Below are positions 16,947-24,629 of a stretch of DNA of 35,059 bases, piece by piece (position 1 is the stretch's first letter; each line of letters begins with the position of its first letter). The translations under genes were made by a program, and so were the position numbers. The DNA comes from a virus. The stretch lies in UHGV virus genome UHGV-1502588, one strand, 5' to 3'. The notes below the pieces were generated by a model. That model had not been told where the DNA came from. It was given only the letters and a program-made list of their open reading frames with translations, and did no database searches.

Positions 16947-16964
16947 GGTCGGAATCCCGACCAA
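16947..16964 (-). promoter_or_regulatory. Late-unit motif copy D (TTGGTCGGGATTCCGACC), immediately 3' of a terminator and about 150 nt 5' of the capsid gene
   Basis: Conserved 18-mer. Here the GGTCGG/CCGACC arms are perfectly complementary. Confidence 0.5.
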
Positions 16965-16992
16965 ATAAAAAAGCCAGCGGGTTAGGCTGGCT
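16964..16992 (-). terminator. Rho-independent terminator (minus strand) after the 89-aa gene
   Basis: Minus strand reads AGCCAGCCTAACCCGCTGGCTTTTTTATTT: a 7-bp stem followed by T6. Confidence 0.65.
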
Positions 16993-17010
16993 TAGTTCGC
17001 GAGGGATTAT

Positions 17011-17280
17011 TTAGCAGTCTCCATCCGGACGGGCCACCGCACGGCATCCCCACATACAGGCTTCCTGCATTTTTGTGGTCGCCAACGCGGCGCTACGGTA
17101 AGCAGCAGTGCGGTCAGAGAGAACTGGATCCTGCGGTAACAAATCCAACTGAATATTTCGCAACTCTCGAATAAAATCGCGACTCAGTTCTTTTAGGCGA
17201 TTCATTGCTGCGATTTCTGCATCGCTTAATTTTCTGTATCCCTTAACGGTGCTGCCATCTTGCGGTTTTGCTTCACTCAT
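17011..17280 (-). CDS. Hypothetical 89-aa protein between the scaffold and capsid genes
   Basis: ORF with good spacing and its own terminator. T7 has no counterpart at this position. Confidence 0.4.
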   Translation of the reverse strand: MSEAKPQDGSTVKGYRKLSDAEIAAMNRLKELSRDFIRELRNIQLDLLPQDPVLSDRTAAYRSAALATTKMQEACMWGCRAVARPDGDC

Positions 17281-17313
17281 TGGTCTTTCCTCTGATTAAG
17301 TTATCGTGACATG

Positions 17314-18162
17314 TCACGCTACGGTTTGATCGCCGTAACGCTTCTGGTAGTACGCTTTAACCTGTGCAGATACGCGTTCATGGTCGGTATGCTTCGGATT
17401 CATGTACGCTTCGGACTTCATCAGGTCTCGGATGGTCTGCTGCTCTGCCGGGTTGCTGTCTGCGCCCGCTGGCGCGTCTTCCTGCATTTCCGCACCAATT
17501 TTCGCCAGCATGCGGATCACCATCGGGTTATTGCCGATTTCATCGATGCGGCCGCGGTCACCTTCATCGGTCAGGGAATTGAACGCTCGGAAAGCCAGGC
17601 CGATATTCTTGTTAAATTCGGCGTCAGTCTTCCAGACTTCGCGCAGCTGCGTGGTAGCAGATTCAGCATCAAGTTCCGCGGCACCGTTAACCAGCGACGG
17701 GGCGATTTGTGCATACTCACTGATGATGAAACTCATCTGGTCGTTGGTGATCCCCTTGCCGTGCGCCGATTTCATAAACGACTGCATGCGCGGGTCAGCT
17801 TTGAATTCTTCCCAGTTAAAGCCTTCGGCCTTTACCTCTGGGGCGTAGTCATCAGCAGTTTTTGGCGGCGTGCCGACGCTGCCAAGGCGCTTTTCAAGCG
17901 ACGTGTGAGCATCCGCCAGTTTGCGGGCAGAGCCTTCAATGTCGAGTTTTCCACCTTCGCCCATAACGCGGTATTTTTCAGGTATCCAGTCATTCGCGCC
18001 CGGTTCGCCCGCGCCGGTGCTGAGTAATGAATTACCAGCAGGATTACCAGCGCCCGGATTTTCAGCATCACCGTCATTGCCACCATCATTGCCCCCTGTG
18101 CTGCCTGCTGGCGCTTCGGCGCCCTGTTCGGCGTTCATGAATAAGTGTTTAATCTTCCACAT
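17314..18162 (-). CDS. Capsid assembly (scaffolding) protein, T7 gp9-like
   Basis: Highly acidic, with a Gly/Asn/Asp-rich low-complexity N-terminus. It sits between the portal and capsid genes. GGAG RBS. Confidence 0.6.
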   Translation of the reverse strand: MWKIKHLFMNAEQGAEAPAGSTGGNDGGNDGDAENPGAGNPAGNSLLSTGAGEPGANDWIPEKYRVMGEGGKLDIEGSARKLADAHTSLEKRLGSVGTPPKTADDYAPEVKAEGFNWEEFKADPRMQSFMKSAHGKGITNDQMSFIISEYAQIAPSLVNGAAELDAESATTQLREVWKTDAEFNKNIGLAFRAFNSLTDEGDRGRIDEIGNNPMVIRMLAKIGAEMQEDAPAGADSNPAEQQTIRDLMKSEAYMNPKHTDHERVSAQVKAYYQKRYGDQTVA

Positions 18163-18382
18163 CGTCGTTTACTCCATCTGCACGGTTGATTTGCATCAGA
18201 ATGAAATCGAGCACGGCGCGTTGTCCGGCCCGGTAACAGGTTTCGCGGTCACCCTCGGTGCCGCCGGGGACGTACGCCGCACGCCCAAATCGGCGCGTTA
18301 ATTCATCCAGCACCTGCGGCCCGCCTGGCATCTCCTCGAAAATGCGTTTGTAGTCCGCCGGTGATACTTGTTTTGTAGTCAT
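18149..18382 (-). CDS. Hypothetical 77-aa protein, translationally coupled between the portal and scaffold genes
   Basis: The ORF overlaps both neighbours at start/stop codons. Confidence 0.4.
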   Translation of the reverse strand: MTTKQVSPADYKRIFEEMPGGPQVLDELTRRFGRAAYVPGGTEGDRETCYRAGQRAVLDFILMQINRADGVNDDVED

Positions 18383-20004
18383 TAGCCCCCCGCTACTCGT
18401 TGGCCCAGCGCTGCGCCCACCTGCTGCCCTGCTGTGGTTGCCGCCTCGCTACCCGCCTGCATCATGAGTGCCTGCCCTGCTTGTTGCTGCTGCGCCCGCT
18501 GGCGCTGCTGGCGAAGCTGTTCGACGGCATCAGACGAGCGAATGACTTTCGCCGGTACGCCCAGCGCATCCGCTATCACGCGTGTTGCTTCGTCGGTGTC
18601 TACGAGGTCGGTCACATCGGGTGATACCTGCGCCAGATTCGCCACGTTCGCGCCAAGACGTTCAATGGCGGTTACGTTCTCCAGCTGCTGCGCGCGGGCA
18701 AGCGGCGAGATATAGCGCACGTTGAAATTGGCGTTTTGCAGGCTATCCGGCGCTGGCGGAAATACCCCGGCGCGGAATGCAAGACCGAAGCAGCGCTCTA
18801 CCAGCGGCTGCAGGTATTCAGCCTGAAATCGGCCATAGACCGGGCCAAGCAACTGGCGGATCAGCGCCACACGCACATGCACTTCGGTTGCGGTCATTGC
18901 CGGGCCGTCCTGCGGTTGCAGCTGATCGGCCATCATGATTTTGCGGATAGACGCCTGCAGGCGTTCTTCTGCGGTAAATGCCACATTGAAATCGGCACCA
19001 GTGAGCAACGGTTTCATGCTGTCTACACTGTTCGCCACGATGATGCGGCGCGGGCCCACCTTGACCGTGCGCGGGTTGAGCACGCCGTCGTCTTCCGCAA
19101 TCCACATCCCGGCAATTGCCAGATCCTGCGCGGCCTTCTCCATGCGCTTCGTTTCGTTCAGCTCTTTGCAGTCCGGCAGCGCGTCGTACACCGGGCCAAT
19201 ACCGTACGGTGTGCCGGGGATTTTCATCCAGCGCGGTACGCAGCAGGGGAATTCGTGATAGCCAGATTCACGCACAATGAGCTTGCCGCTCACTTCCACG
19301 TTGTACGATGCAAAGCGCAGGTTTTTAGCCAGGCGCGCATTCACCACGTAGTTTTCACGCGGGAAAATGCAGTGCAGGAAGTCAAATTTGTCATCCGGCT
19401 TTTTGGCGGCCGCATCGCGAATTTTTTTGCTGACCTTATCCGCGCCAAATTCTTTAATCGCCTGCTCTGCGGTGAGCTGGTAGCGACGATAAATCGTGTC
19501 CACGATGCCATCGCGGCGGGTGGATGTGACATAGCACTGCGCCAGCGGCCACTGCTGGAACGAGAATCCGCCCTCTTCGCGGTCTTCGTCGATGTACAAC
19601 GCGAACCAGCCAGCGCATACCACATCGAGATTCGCCTCATAGCCTTCGGCGTCGAAGTTGGCGGCGTGTATGTTTTCCCATACCAGCGTTGCGCAGGTGG
19701 ACAACCACGCGGCGGCATCATCCGGCAGCGATTCGCTGTCGAGGTTCAGCCACTGCGCGTTTGCCGGGGTCATGCCGGACATGAGAGCAGACGCCAGCAT
19801 GCGGGCGCTGTCAGTGGCCGTGCCGTCAAGCAGCCGTGCCACCTTCGATTTCGCGCTCTGTGCGTCCAGCACCTCATCGGATAGCCCCGCGCCGCGCAGC
19901 GGATAGGTGTAGTCGTAGCATTCCCGCCAGACGCTTTCGTGCACCTGTCGGTTGGCTTTCAGCGTATCGGCACGCTTAACCAGCTTTACGGCGAGTTCAT
20001 CCAT
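18382..20004 (-). CDS. Portal (head-to-tail connector) protein, T7 gp8-like
   Basis: 540 aa. The C-terminal Gln/Ala-rich tail (QQRQRAQQQQAGQALMMQAGSEAATTAG) resembles T7 gp8 EEQKQQKMAQQSMQMGMDNGAAALAQG. It lies upstream of scaffold and capsid, as in T7. Confidence 0.75.
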   Translation of the reverse strand: MDELAVKLVKRADTLKANRQVHESVWRECYDYTYPLRGAGLSDEVLDAQSAKSKVARLLDGTATDSARMLASALMSGMTPANAQWLNLDSESLPDDAAAWLSTCATLVWENIHAANFDAEGYEANLDVVCAGWFALYIDEDREEGGFSFQQWPLAQCYVTSTRRDGIVDTIYRRYQLTAEQAIKEFGADKVSKKIRDAAAKKPDDKFDFLHCIFPRENYVVNARLAKNLRFASYNVEVSGKLIVRESGYHEFPCCVPRWMKIPGTPYGIGPVYDALPDCKELNETKRMEKAAQDLAIAGMWIAEDDGVLNPRTVKVGPRRIIVANSVDSMKPLLTGADFNVAFTAEERLQASIRKIMMADQLQPQDGPAMTATEVHVRVALIRQLLGPVYGRFQAEYLQPLVERCFGLAFRAGVFPPAPDSLQNANFNVRYISPLARAQQLENVTAIERLGANVANLAQVSPDVTDLVDTDEATRVIADALGVPAKVIRSSDAVEQLRQQRQRAQQQQAGQALMMQAGSEAATTAGQQVGAALGQRVAGG

Positions 20005-20007
20005 CGA

Positions 20008-20232
20008 TTATGCCCCTAAGGTGTTTTTTGCTGCCTGAGCGCCAGAGGAAAGCAGGGATGAACCTGTATCCGTTGCGCCTTCGGCACCGCTTGCCAGCAG
20101 CGAGGAACCTTTCTTACGCTTCTTGCGCGCTGCGGCGTCGGCGTTCGCGGCCTTCGCTGCTGCATCGGCTGCTGCATCGGCCTCTGCCTGCGGATCCTGC
20201 TCTACGACTTTTGGTGCACCGCCTCCACACAT
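20008..20232 (-). CDS. Small virion-associated protein (T7 gp6.7/gp7.3-like composition)
   Basis: 74 aa starting MC, Ala/Asp-rich, with an ARKKRKKGSSLLASG basic/Gly-Ser tail. GGGGG RBS. Confidence 0.4.
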   Translation of the reverse strand: MCGGGAPKVVEQDPQAEADAAADAAAKAANADAAARKKRKKGSSLLASGAEGATDTGSSLLSSGAQAAKNTLGA

Positions 20233-20243
20233 ACGATTCCCCC

Positions 20244-20687
20244 TTAGCCCGGCACATGCCAGCCGTGTTCGGTTAATACAGGTGCGCCACGTACCGGTTG
20301 CGGTTTGCCCTCTTCGTTTGTCACCATTGCACCCGCGCCGCCGGTGCTTACATCAGTGGCTTTTCGTACGAGGGTAAGAAATTCGAGGTTGTCGGTAAGG
20401 CGCTGGCCATTGATGGAAATAAAATCCAGTTCATCAAAACGAGCGATGATTGTTGCACCCTGAGAATTGAGAGCGGCAAGGATCGCGTTACGTTCGGCAA
20501 GAGCGGTACCATCAAGCAGCTGCGCTACACGCTGTTGAATTTCTGGCGCTGAGGCTTTTTCCTCCACAGCGACCGGAAGCTGCGCAGTTTCTGAATTCAG
20601 CAATTGCGATTCCGCCACAAGCGTATTTTCATCCGACACAGTTTTTTCCTGCCCCGGCGTCTCAACGATTTTTTTCGGTCGAGCCAT
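20244..20687 (-). CDS. Hypothetical protein, first gene of the morphogenesis module
   Basis: 147 aa with a strong RBS AGGAGTGAAAAAAAATG. It is preceded by the CGACTCACTA 10-mer. Confidence 0.5.
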   Translation of the reverse strand: MARPKKIVETPGQEKTVSDENTLVAESQLLNSETAQLPVAVEEKASAPEIQQRVAQLLDGTALAERNAILAALNSQGATIIARFDELDFISINGQRLTDNLEFLTLVRKATDVSTGGAGAMVTNEEGKPQPVRGAPVLTEHGWHVPG

Positions 20688-20706
20688 TTTTTTTCACTCC
20701 TGAATT

Positions 20707-20716
20707 AGTGAGTCGT
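20707..20716 (-). promoter_or_regulatory. Exact match to the T7-class promoter core CGACTCACTA (T7 positions -12 to -3), 5' of the first virion-module gene
   Basis: Minus strand reads CAATGACGACTCACTAATTCAGGAGTGAAAAAAAATG. The flanks diverge from the T7 consensus (-1/+1 are not TA/G). Possibly vestigial. Confidence 0.25.
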
Positions 20717-21012
20717 CATTGTGTGTTGCCCTTCTGGTCAGTTTCCCGACCAAAAACAGGGCGTCGGAACGTCCACCACTGCCGATAAAGCACAGTGGGG
20801 AGTTTTTTTCGGTCTGAGCTGGTAGCCAGACACCAGAGAGCGATAAGCGCCTCACCGTGACCGTGGCGAGGCTCTGATCCGGATTTCCAACCGAGAACGG
20901 CAGATTTCGAAACGCCAAGTTCATCGGCGATTTGCTGAGTGGTGAGGTTTTTTCTGGTCAGGTCGGTAATGACGCGGAACCAGTCTGTTCGGAAGGTGGC
21001 AACCAGCGGCAT
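20716..21012 (-). CDS. Small HTH DNA-binding protein (candidate late-gene regulator)
   Basis: LTTQQIADELGVSKSAVLGW is a helix-turn-helix. GGGGG RBS. It is the last gene before the virion module. Confidence 0.55.
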   Translation of the reverse strand: MPLVATFRTDWFRVITDLTRKNLTTQQIADELGVSKSAVLGWKSGSEPRHGHGEALIALWCLATSSDRKKLPTVLYRQWWTFRRPVFGRETDQKGNTQ

Positions 21013-21167
21013 AAATCAGCCCCCTAAACGCGCGCGTGCGCGAGCATAGAGAGGGGAAAAATCGCCACCCGCCAGAATGGAAAAAGGAGCCAGACAGAAT
21101 TTCATGCTTTCCCGTCGCGTTGGCCAACCACACTTTCTAGATTTATATGCTGCTCTTAAGGATGGAA

Positions 21168-21485
21168 TTAAATTCTGCATAAACGTAATTCCCCCACCTC
21201 AGCGGTTACCTGATTGAGTAATTCAGATTCGGTACCGTAGTTTTCTTCCCATGTTTTTTGCCCTGCATGGATAGCTACGCCGTGTCCGCCTGTTCTATGG
21301 TGTGGCGGGCAAAGCGGGAGAGTTTTTTTATGGTCGGCGCGCTGGGCGATACCCTGCCCTTTGCGGATATGGTGAACTTCTGCAGGTGTGGCGCCGTAGC
21401 CAAGATTTCTGCATACGACGCAACCCAGTGATGCAACGTCTTCCAGCCAGCGTTTATCGTCTTTGGTCATGGCGATATTTCTCAC
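21168..21485 (-). CDS. YbcO-like (DUF1364-type) putative zinc-binding nuclease
   Basis: The Cys/His pattern CVVC...HHIR...LCPPHH matches the small lambdoid nin-region YbcO family. The start overlaps the upstream stop (ATGA). Confidence 0.45.
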   Translation of the reverse strand: MRNIAMTKDDKRWLEDVASLGCVVCRNLGYGATPAEVHHIRKGQGIAQRADHKKTLPLCPPHHRTGGHGVAIHAGQKTWEENYGTESELLNQVTAEVGELRLCRI

Positions 21486-22078
21486 GCGGCATAGCTGAAT
21501 AATTGCGAAGCGGCGTTTTCTGCTGCCTGCTGTGTTGGGAAGGTGCGGAATAAAATAAAATTCCAGAGGACGTCTAATACGGATTTATACAGCTGGGAAA
21601 ATTCTACATCGTCCATTTTTGCGAACGATATGGATTTGGGTTCTTTGCGGGTAGTGCCATCAGGCATCTGGTATTCAGTATAAAAACCGGCTTCGATAGT
21701 CACCCAGGAACGGAATGCTTCAAACGATTTTACCGCGCTGATATTCCCGGCGCGTTTTTCTGCTTCATCGCGGAGATACTGATCCGCCAGTTCCTGCAAA
21801 GTATCGGCATGCCCGGCATAGTGGGCCACCAGCTGCACATAGCCGTGTACCAGTTTTTTATCGGCTGGTGACATTACACCGCCTGACGGTTGCCAGTAAT
21901 CAAAGCCCAGATTCAGGAGGGCGAAAAATTTACGATGGAATGCCGGGTTTCTTGCCTGCTTAAAATCCGCATATAAAATACCGCCCATACGGACTTTTTT
22001 TTCTAAAAATTCGCGGGCATTAGGCGTCGCCGGAATTAATACATTACCAGGTGCTTTTACAAAAGAATACTGCGCCAT
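21482..22078 (-). CDS. DUF1367-like lambdoid phage protein
   Basis: 198 aa with GGILYADFKQARNPAFHRKFFALLNLGFDYWQP. In my recollection this family pairs with YbcO-like genes in nin regions. Confidence 0.45.
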   Translation of the reverse strand: MAQYSFVKAPGNVLIPATPNAREFLEKKVRMGGILYADFKQARNPAFHRKFFALLNLGFDYWQPSGGVMSPADKKLVHGYVQLVAHYAGHADTLQELADQYLRDEAEKRAGNISAVKSFEAFRSWVTIEAGFYTEYQMPDGTTRKEPKSISFAKMDDVEFSQLYKSVLDVLWNFILFRTFPTQQAAENAASQLFSYAA

Positions 22079-22146
22079 TGGGTTCCCCTTTAGCGCAGCA
22101 ATTGCTCAGAAATACAGTGTGTTGGGTGTTCAGGCCAACATCATAA

Positions 22147-22356
22147 TTATAGCACAGACCCGTCTGGTTTTATAATGGTGTAACCAGACAATTTAGCTAA
22201 TTCAAACAAAGCGTTAAGTGTTGCGACATGCTCGTCGGGCTTTACGTCGCGGAGCTTTCTTGCCTTACCACTTTTGCATCTAATCAGGACATCGCCATCA
22301 TCGGGGAGAAGGACTCCTGCATCGTTCTTATCAACCACAACTCCTAAACCCCCCAA
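22147..22356 (-). CDS. Small ORF immediately downstream of a LexA-box promoter (candidate SOS-induced antirepressor or effector)
   Basis: The frame is open from TTG at 22356. Candidate starts are TTG or GTG (no in-frame ATG), so the exact start is uncertain. Downstream of the terminator, SOS box and -10. Confidence 0.35.
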   Translation of the reverse strand: MGGLGVVVDKNDAGVLLPDDGDVLIRCKSGKARKLRDVKPDEHVATLNALFELAKLSGYTIIKPDGSVL

Positions 22357-22362
22357 TAATTA

Positions 22363-22382
22363 TACTGTATAAATTCACAGTA
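22363..22382. promoter_or_regulatory. LexA (SOS) box TACTGTATAAATTCACAGTA overlapping a perfect -10 (TATAAT on the minus strand)
   Basis: CTGT-N8-ACAG, with near-consensus flanks TA...TA. On the minus strand the box's 3' end runs into TATAAT. Confidence 0.7.
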
Positions 22383-22470
22383 TATATACTCCCATAAGTT
22401 CTTAATCGCAAATCCTTAAGAGCACAATGTGTTAAAAAACATAGAAAAAATATCAAATATCCGATTGAAT

Positions 22471-22498
22471 TAAAAAGAAAACCGCCATTTCTGGCGGT
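22471..22498 (-). terminator. Rho-independent terminator ending the leftward early operon
   Basis: Minus strand reads ACCGCCAGAAATGGCGGTTTTCTTTTTAATT: a 7-bp stem followed by a T-run. Confidence 0.65.
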
Positions 22499-22524
22499 CT
22501 ATATACTTCTGGTATGGTTGAACG

Positions 22525-22863
22525 TCACACAGTAAGTTTCGTCTCATGCCACCCATAAGTAACCCAGCACTGCGAATCACCGACACAAGGGCAACTGGTG
22601 ATCGGTAACGCATCGCCGCACTTCCCACATAACCGTTTGTTGATGGACTTGATACGGCTTTGCACGCGCGCGTCATCCTGGCGGATCAACAGCGCAATAT
22701 ACTCAGCGGCATCGTATGGCTCTCGACCGGGACGACGTGCAGCACAGTTACGCGCCAGCATATCCAGTTCCTGTGCATCGAGAACCAGCTCAATTTTACG
22801 GTTGCCGGCGGCAGACTGCCGCGCCCGCTGCGCGGCTTTACGTTCTGCGGATGATTTAGCCAT
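22525..22863 (-). CDS. Hypothetical protein: basic, RHH-like N-terminus plus Cys-rich (CxxC...CPC...C) C-terminus
   Basis: 112 aa. Last gene before the terminator. Possible DNA-binding or Zn-binding. Confidence 0.45.
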   Translation of the reverse strand: MAKSSAERKAAQRARQSAAGNRKIELVLDAQELDMLARNCAARRPGREPYDAAEYIALLIRQDDARVQSRIKSINKRLCGKCGDALPITSCPCVGDSQCWVTYGWHETKLTV

Positions 22864-23029
22864 ATACTCGCTTCAGAACTATCCATAAAACAAAGGGCAC
22901 TATCCCGGTAATAATGGCTAGTCCGGTACCAGCACAAAAAGTAATTGCATTGGCGTTATCAACCTGGCTGGTTATGTACCACCAAAATATAAAGTTAAAT
23001 GGAATCCAGAAAGGCCAAAATATACTCAT
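22856..23029 (-). CDS. Small hydrophobic membrane protein (2 TM, Trp/Phe-rich)
   Basis: Starts MSIFWPFWIPFNFIFWWYIT. The ATG overlaps the Dam stop (ATGA). Confidence 0.45.
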   Translation of the reverse strand: MSIFWPFWIPFNFIFWWYITSQVDNANAITFCAGTGLAIITGIVPFVLWIVLKRVYG

Positions 23030-23859
23030 GCTGCACACTCCTGTTTCTGCTGTGCTGCCGGGTTAAGCCAAAGGCACTCTGTACGAACTTTGGTACCCCG
23101 CCCTGCGCTGATGCGCGAAGTTTTCTCCGTTTTTGCCCAGCCGGTCAGCATGTCGTTGTAGACCTCGGTGTCATAACCGCTAATCATCACCATGCCTGAC
23201 ATTGTTCTGGCCACAGCAAGCAATTGCTCATGACCTTCAAGAGTCATTTCATGTGCGTAGTAACGATTACCCTGTACGCGAGTTTCCGGCACATACGGCG
23301 GATCGATGTAGTGCAGAGTTGTTTCTGCATCGTGGGCGCGCATTACCGCCAGAGCATCTTTGTTCTCGATAATGACTCCCTGAAGACGCTGGCAGACAGC
23401 CGCCAGATTGGCCGGGTAGCGCTCCCAGAGGTGAGCCGCAGTAGCGTATTTTCGTTTGCTGTCGCTACGGAATCCGGACTGACCGCCGACGCCAGCAGCA
23501 GAACCAAACCCCATACAGGCACGAACAACCATGCGGCGGGCACGTTCGATAGAATCTGTCGCTGGCTCCTGAGCGTGACAGAACTCATCTCGTGAGTACG
23601 GGGTCAGGCAGCAGGCATCCTGCAGGCGCTGGTTTAATTCAGAGTCACGCAGTACACGAAACAGGTTCACAACTTCGCCGTCGAGGTCGTTGTACACCTC
23701 TGAATAGCTGCGAGGCTTCTGGAGTAATACACCAGCAGCGCCGCCGAACGGCTCCACATAGCAGACGTGATACGGCATTTTCTCGATTATCCACGGTGCC
23801 AGGCGGAATTTACCACCGTGATAACGAATCGCAGGATGTTTGATGTTTTTAGCAATCAT
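23026..23859 (-). CDS. DNA adenine methyltransferase, Dam family (N6-adenine, DPPY class)
   Basis: Motifs FGGAAGV (AdoMet binding) and HYIDPPY (catalytic DPPY). N-terminal YHGGK. 277 aa. Confidence 0.85.
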   Translation of the reverse strand: MIAKNIKHPAIRYHGGKFRLAPWIIEKMPYHVCYVEPFGGAAGVLLQKPRSYSEVYNDLDGEVVNLFRVLRDSELNQRLQDACCLTPYSRDEFCHAQEPATDSIERARRMVVRACMGFGSAAGVGGQSGFRSDSKRKYATAAHLWERYPANLAAVCQRLQGVIIENKDALAVMRAHDAETTLHYIDPPYVPETRVQGNRYYAHEMTLEGHEQLLAVARTMSGMVMISGYDTEVYNDMLTGWAKTEKTSRISAGRGTKVRTECLWLNPAAQQKQECAA

Positions 23860-24038
23860 TCGTCAGCACCCCATTCATCATAGAAAAAATCATCAACACG
23901 TTTGTATGCCTCGTAAGCGGCTTCAATTTCCATTTCTGTGATATCGAATGATTTACCGTTTAGTTCGACTATGCATTCTAGGGCTTCCCCCCAATCCTGA
24001 AGTGATGCTGTTCTTTTTGTTGAGCTAAAATCCGCCAT
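23856..24038 (-). CDS. Small acidic hypothetical protein between the two methyltransferases
   Basis: 60-aa ORF translationally coupled to both neighbours. Confidence 0.4.
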   Translation of the reverse strand: MADFSSTKRTASLQDWGEALECIVELNGKSFDITEMEIEAAYEAYKRVDDFFYDEWGADE

Positions 24039-24629
24039 CTATGCCACCTCCCCAATAAATTCCGCAATGCCCGGCAGCAGCGCCACCGCAGGCGATTCAC
24101 ACTGATTGCCCCAAACATCAAAACCGTGCGACGACTGCCGCGCGAATAACTCAATACGGGGAACGTCGCCCAGCAGCTGCACCAGCATTTCGCGCACGTA
24201 GTCGGGTTTTCTGGAATGCTCGAGCCGCGGCGCCGTGAAAGACTGGATGATCCCGGCATCCAACCGGGCAGGAAGATTCCCCTTCACAGCAAACAAGCAA
24301 TCTTCGCTGTTTGCGCGCGTCATATGTCCCATTCCCATAACGAGCTTGTCGGTCTGCCGGCTTCCGCACTTATTCCAGGTGAATCCCTTCATTGTCATGA
24401 GACGGAAACCCCATGCCTCGATCACCTTCAGAGCCTCGAGCGGCATCGTCGGTACCCACCACATAGCCAGCAGGCAGTTTTCGGCGGCCAGTTCCCACAC
24501 TGGCAAACGGCAGATATCCAGTAGGGTCATGGTCTGATATTTATGCCCGGCGCCACGTTTTCCATCGTTGGCCTTATCGCGGTATGTCCACGGCGGATCA
24601 GCGTATATCAGGGTGTATTTTTGGTTCAT
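24039..24629 (-). CDS. MT-A70 family N6-adenine DNA methyltransferase (DPPW class)
   Basis: MNQKYTLIYADPPWTY carries the DPPW catalytic motif near the N-terminus. Start chosen at M5, which has an SD. Confidence 0.8.
   Translation of the reverse strand: MNQKYTLIYADPPWTYRDKANDGKRGAGHKYQTMTLLDICRLPVWELAAENCLLAMWWVPTMPLEALKVIEAWGFRLMTMKGFTWNKCGSRQTDKLVMGMGHMTRANSEDCLFAVKGNLPARLDAGIIQSFTAPRLEHSRKPDYVREMLVQLLGDVPRIELFARQSSHGFDVWGNQCESPAVALLPGIAEFIGEVA

Noticed and set aside
1536-16964. Reading the conserved GGTCGG-N4-CCGACC element as an RNA hairpin (an RNase III or terminator-like site).
   Set aside because: In two of four copies the left arm is AGTCAG, giving two mismatches with CCGACC on the transcribed (minus) strand. 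The substitutions are not compensatory. Sequence conservation, not pairing, is what is preserved.
4179-20687. Search for a phage-encoded single-subunit RNA polymerase, expected in a T7-like element.
   Set aside because: Every ORF over 500 aa could be assigned to portal, gp12, gp15/16 class, terL, tailspike or the SSAP fusion. None shows RNAP palm motifs (for example the DxxGR motif or the T7 RNAP specificity loop). The gene is absent from the window.
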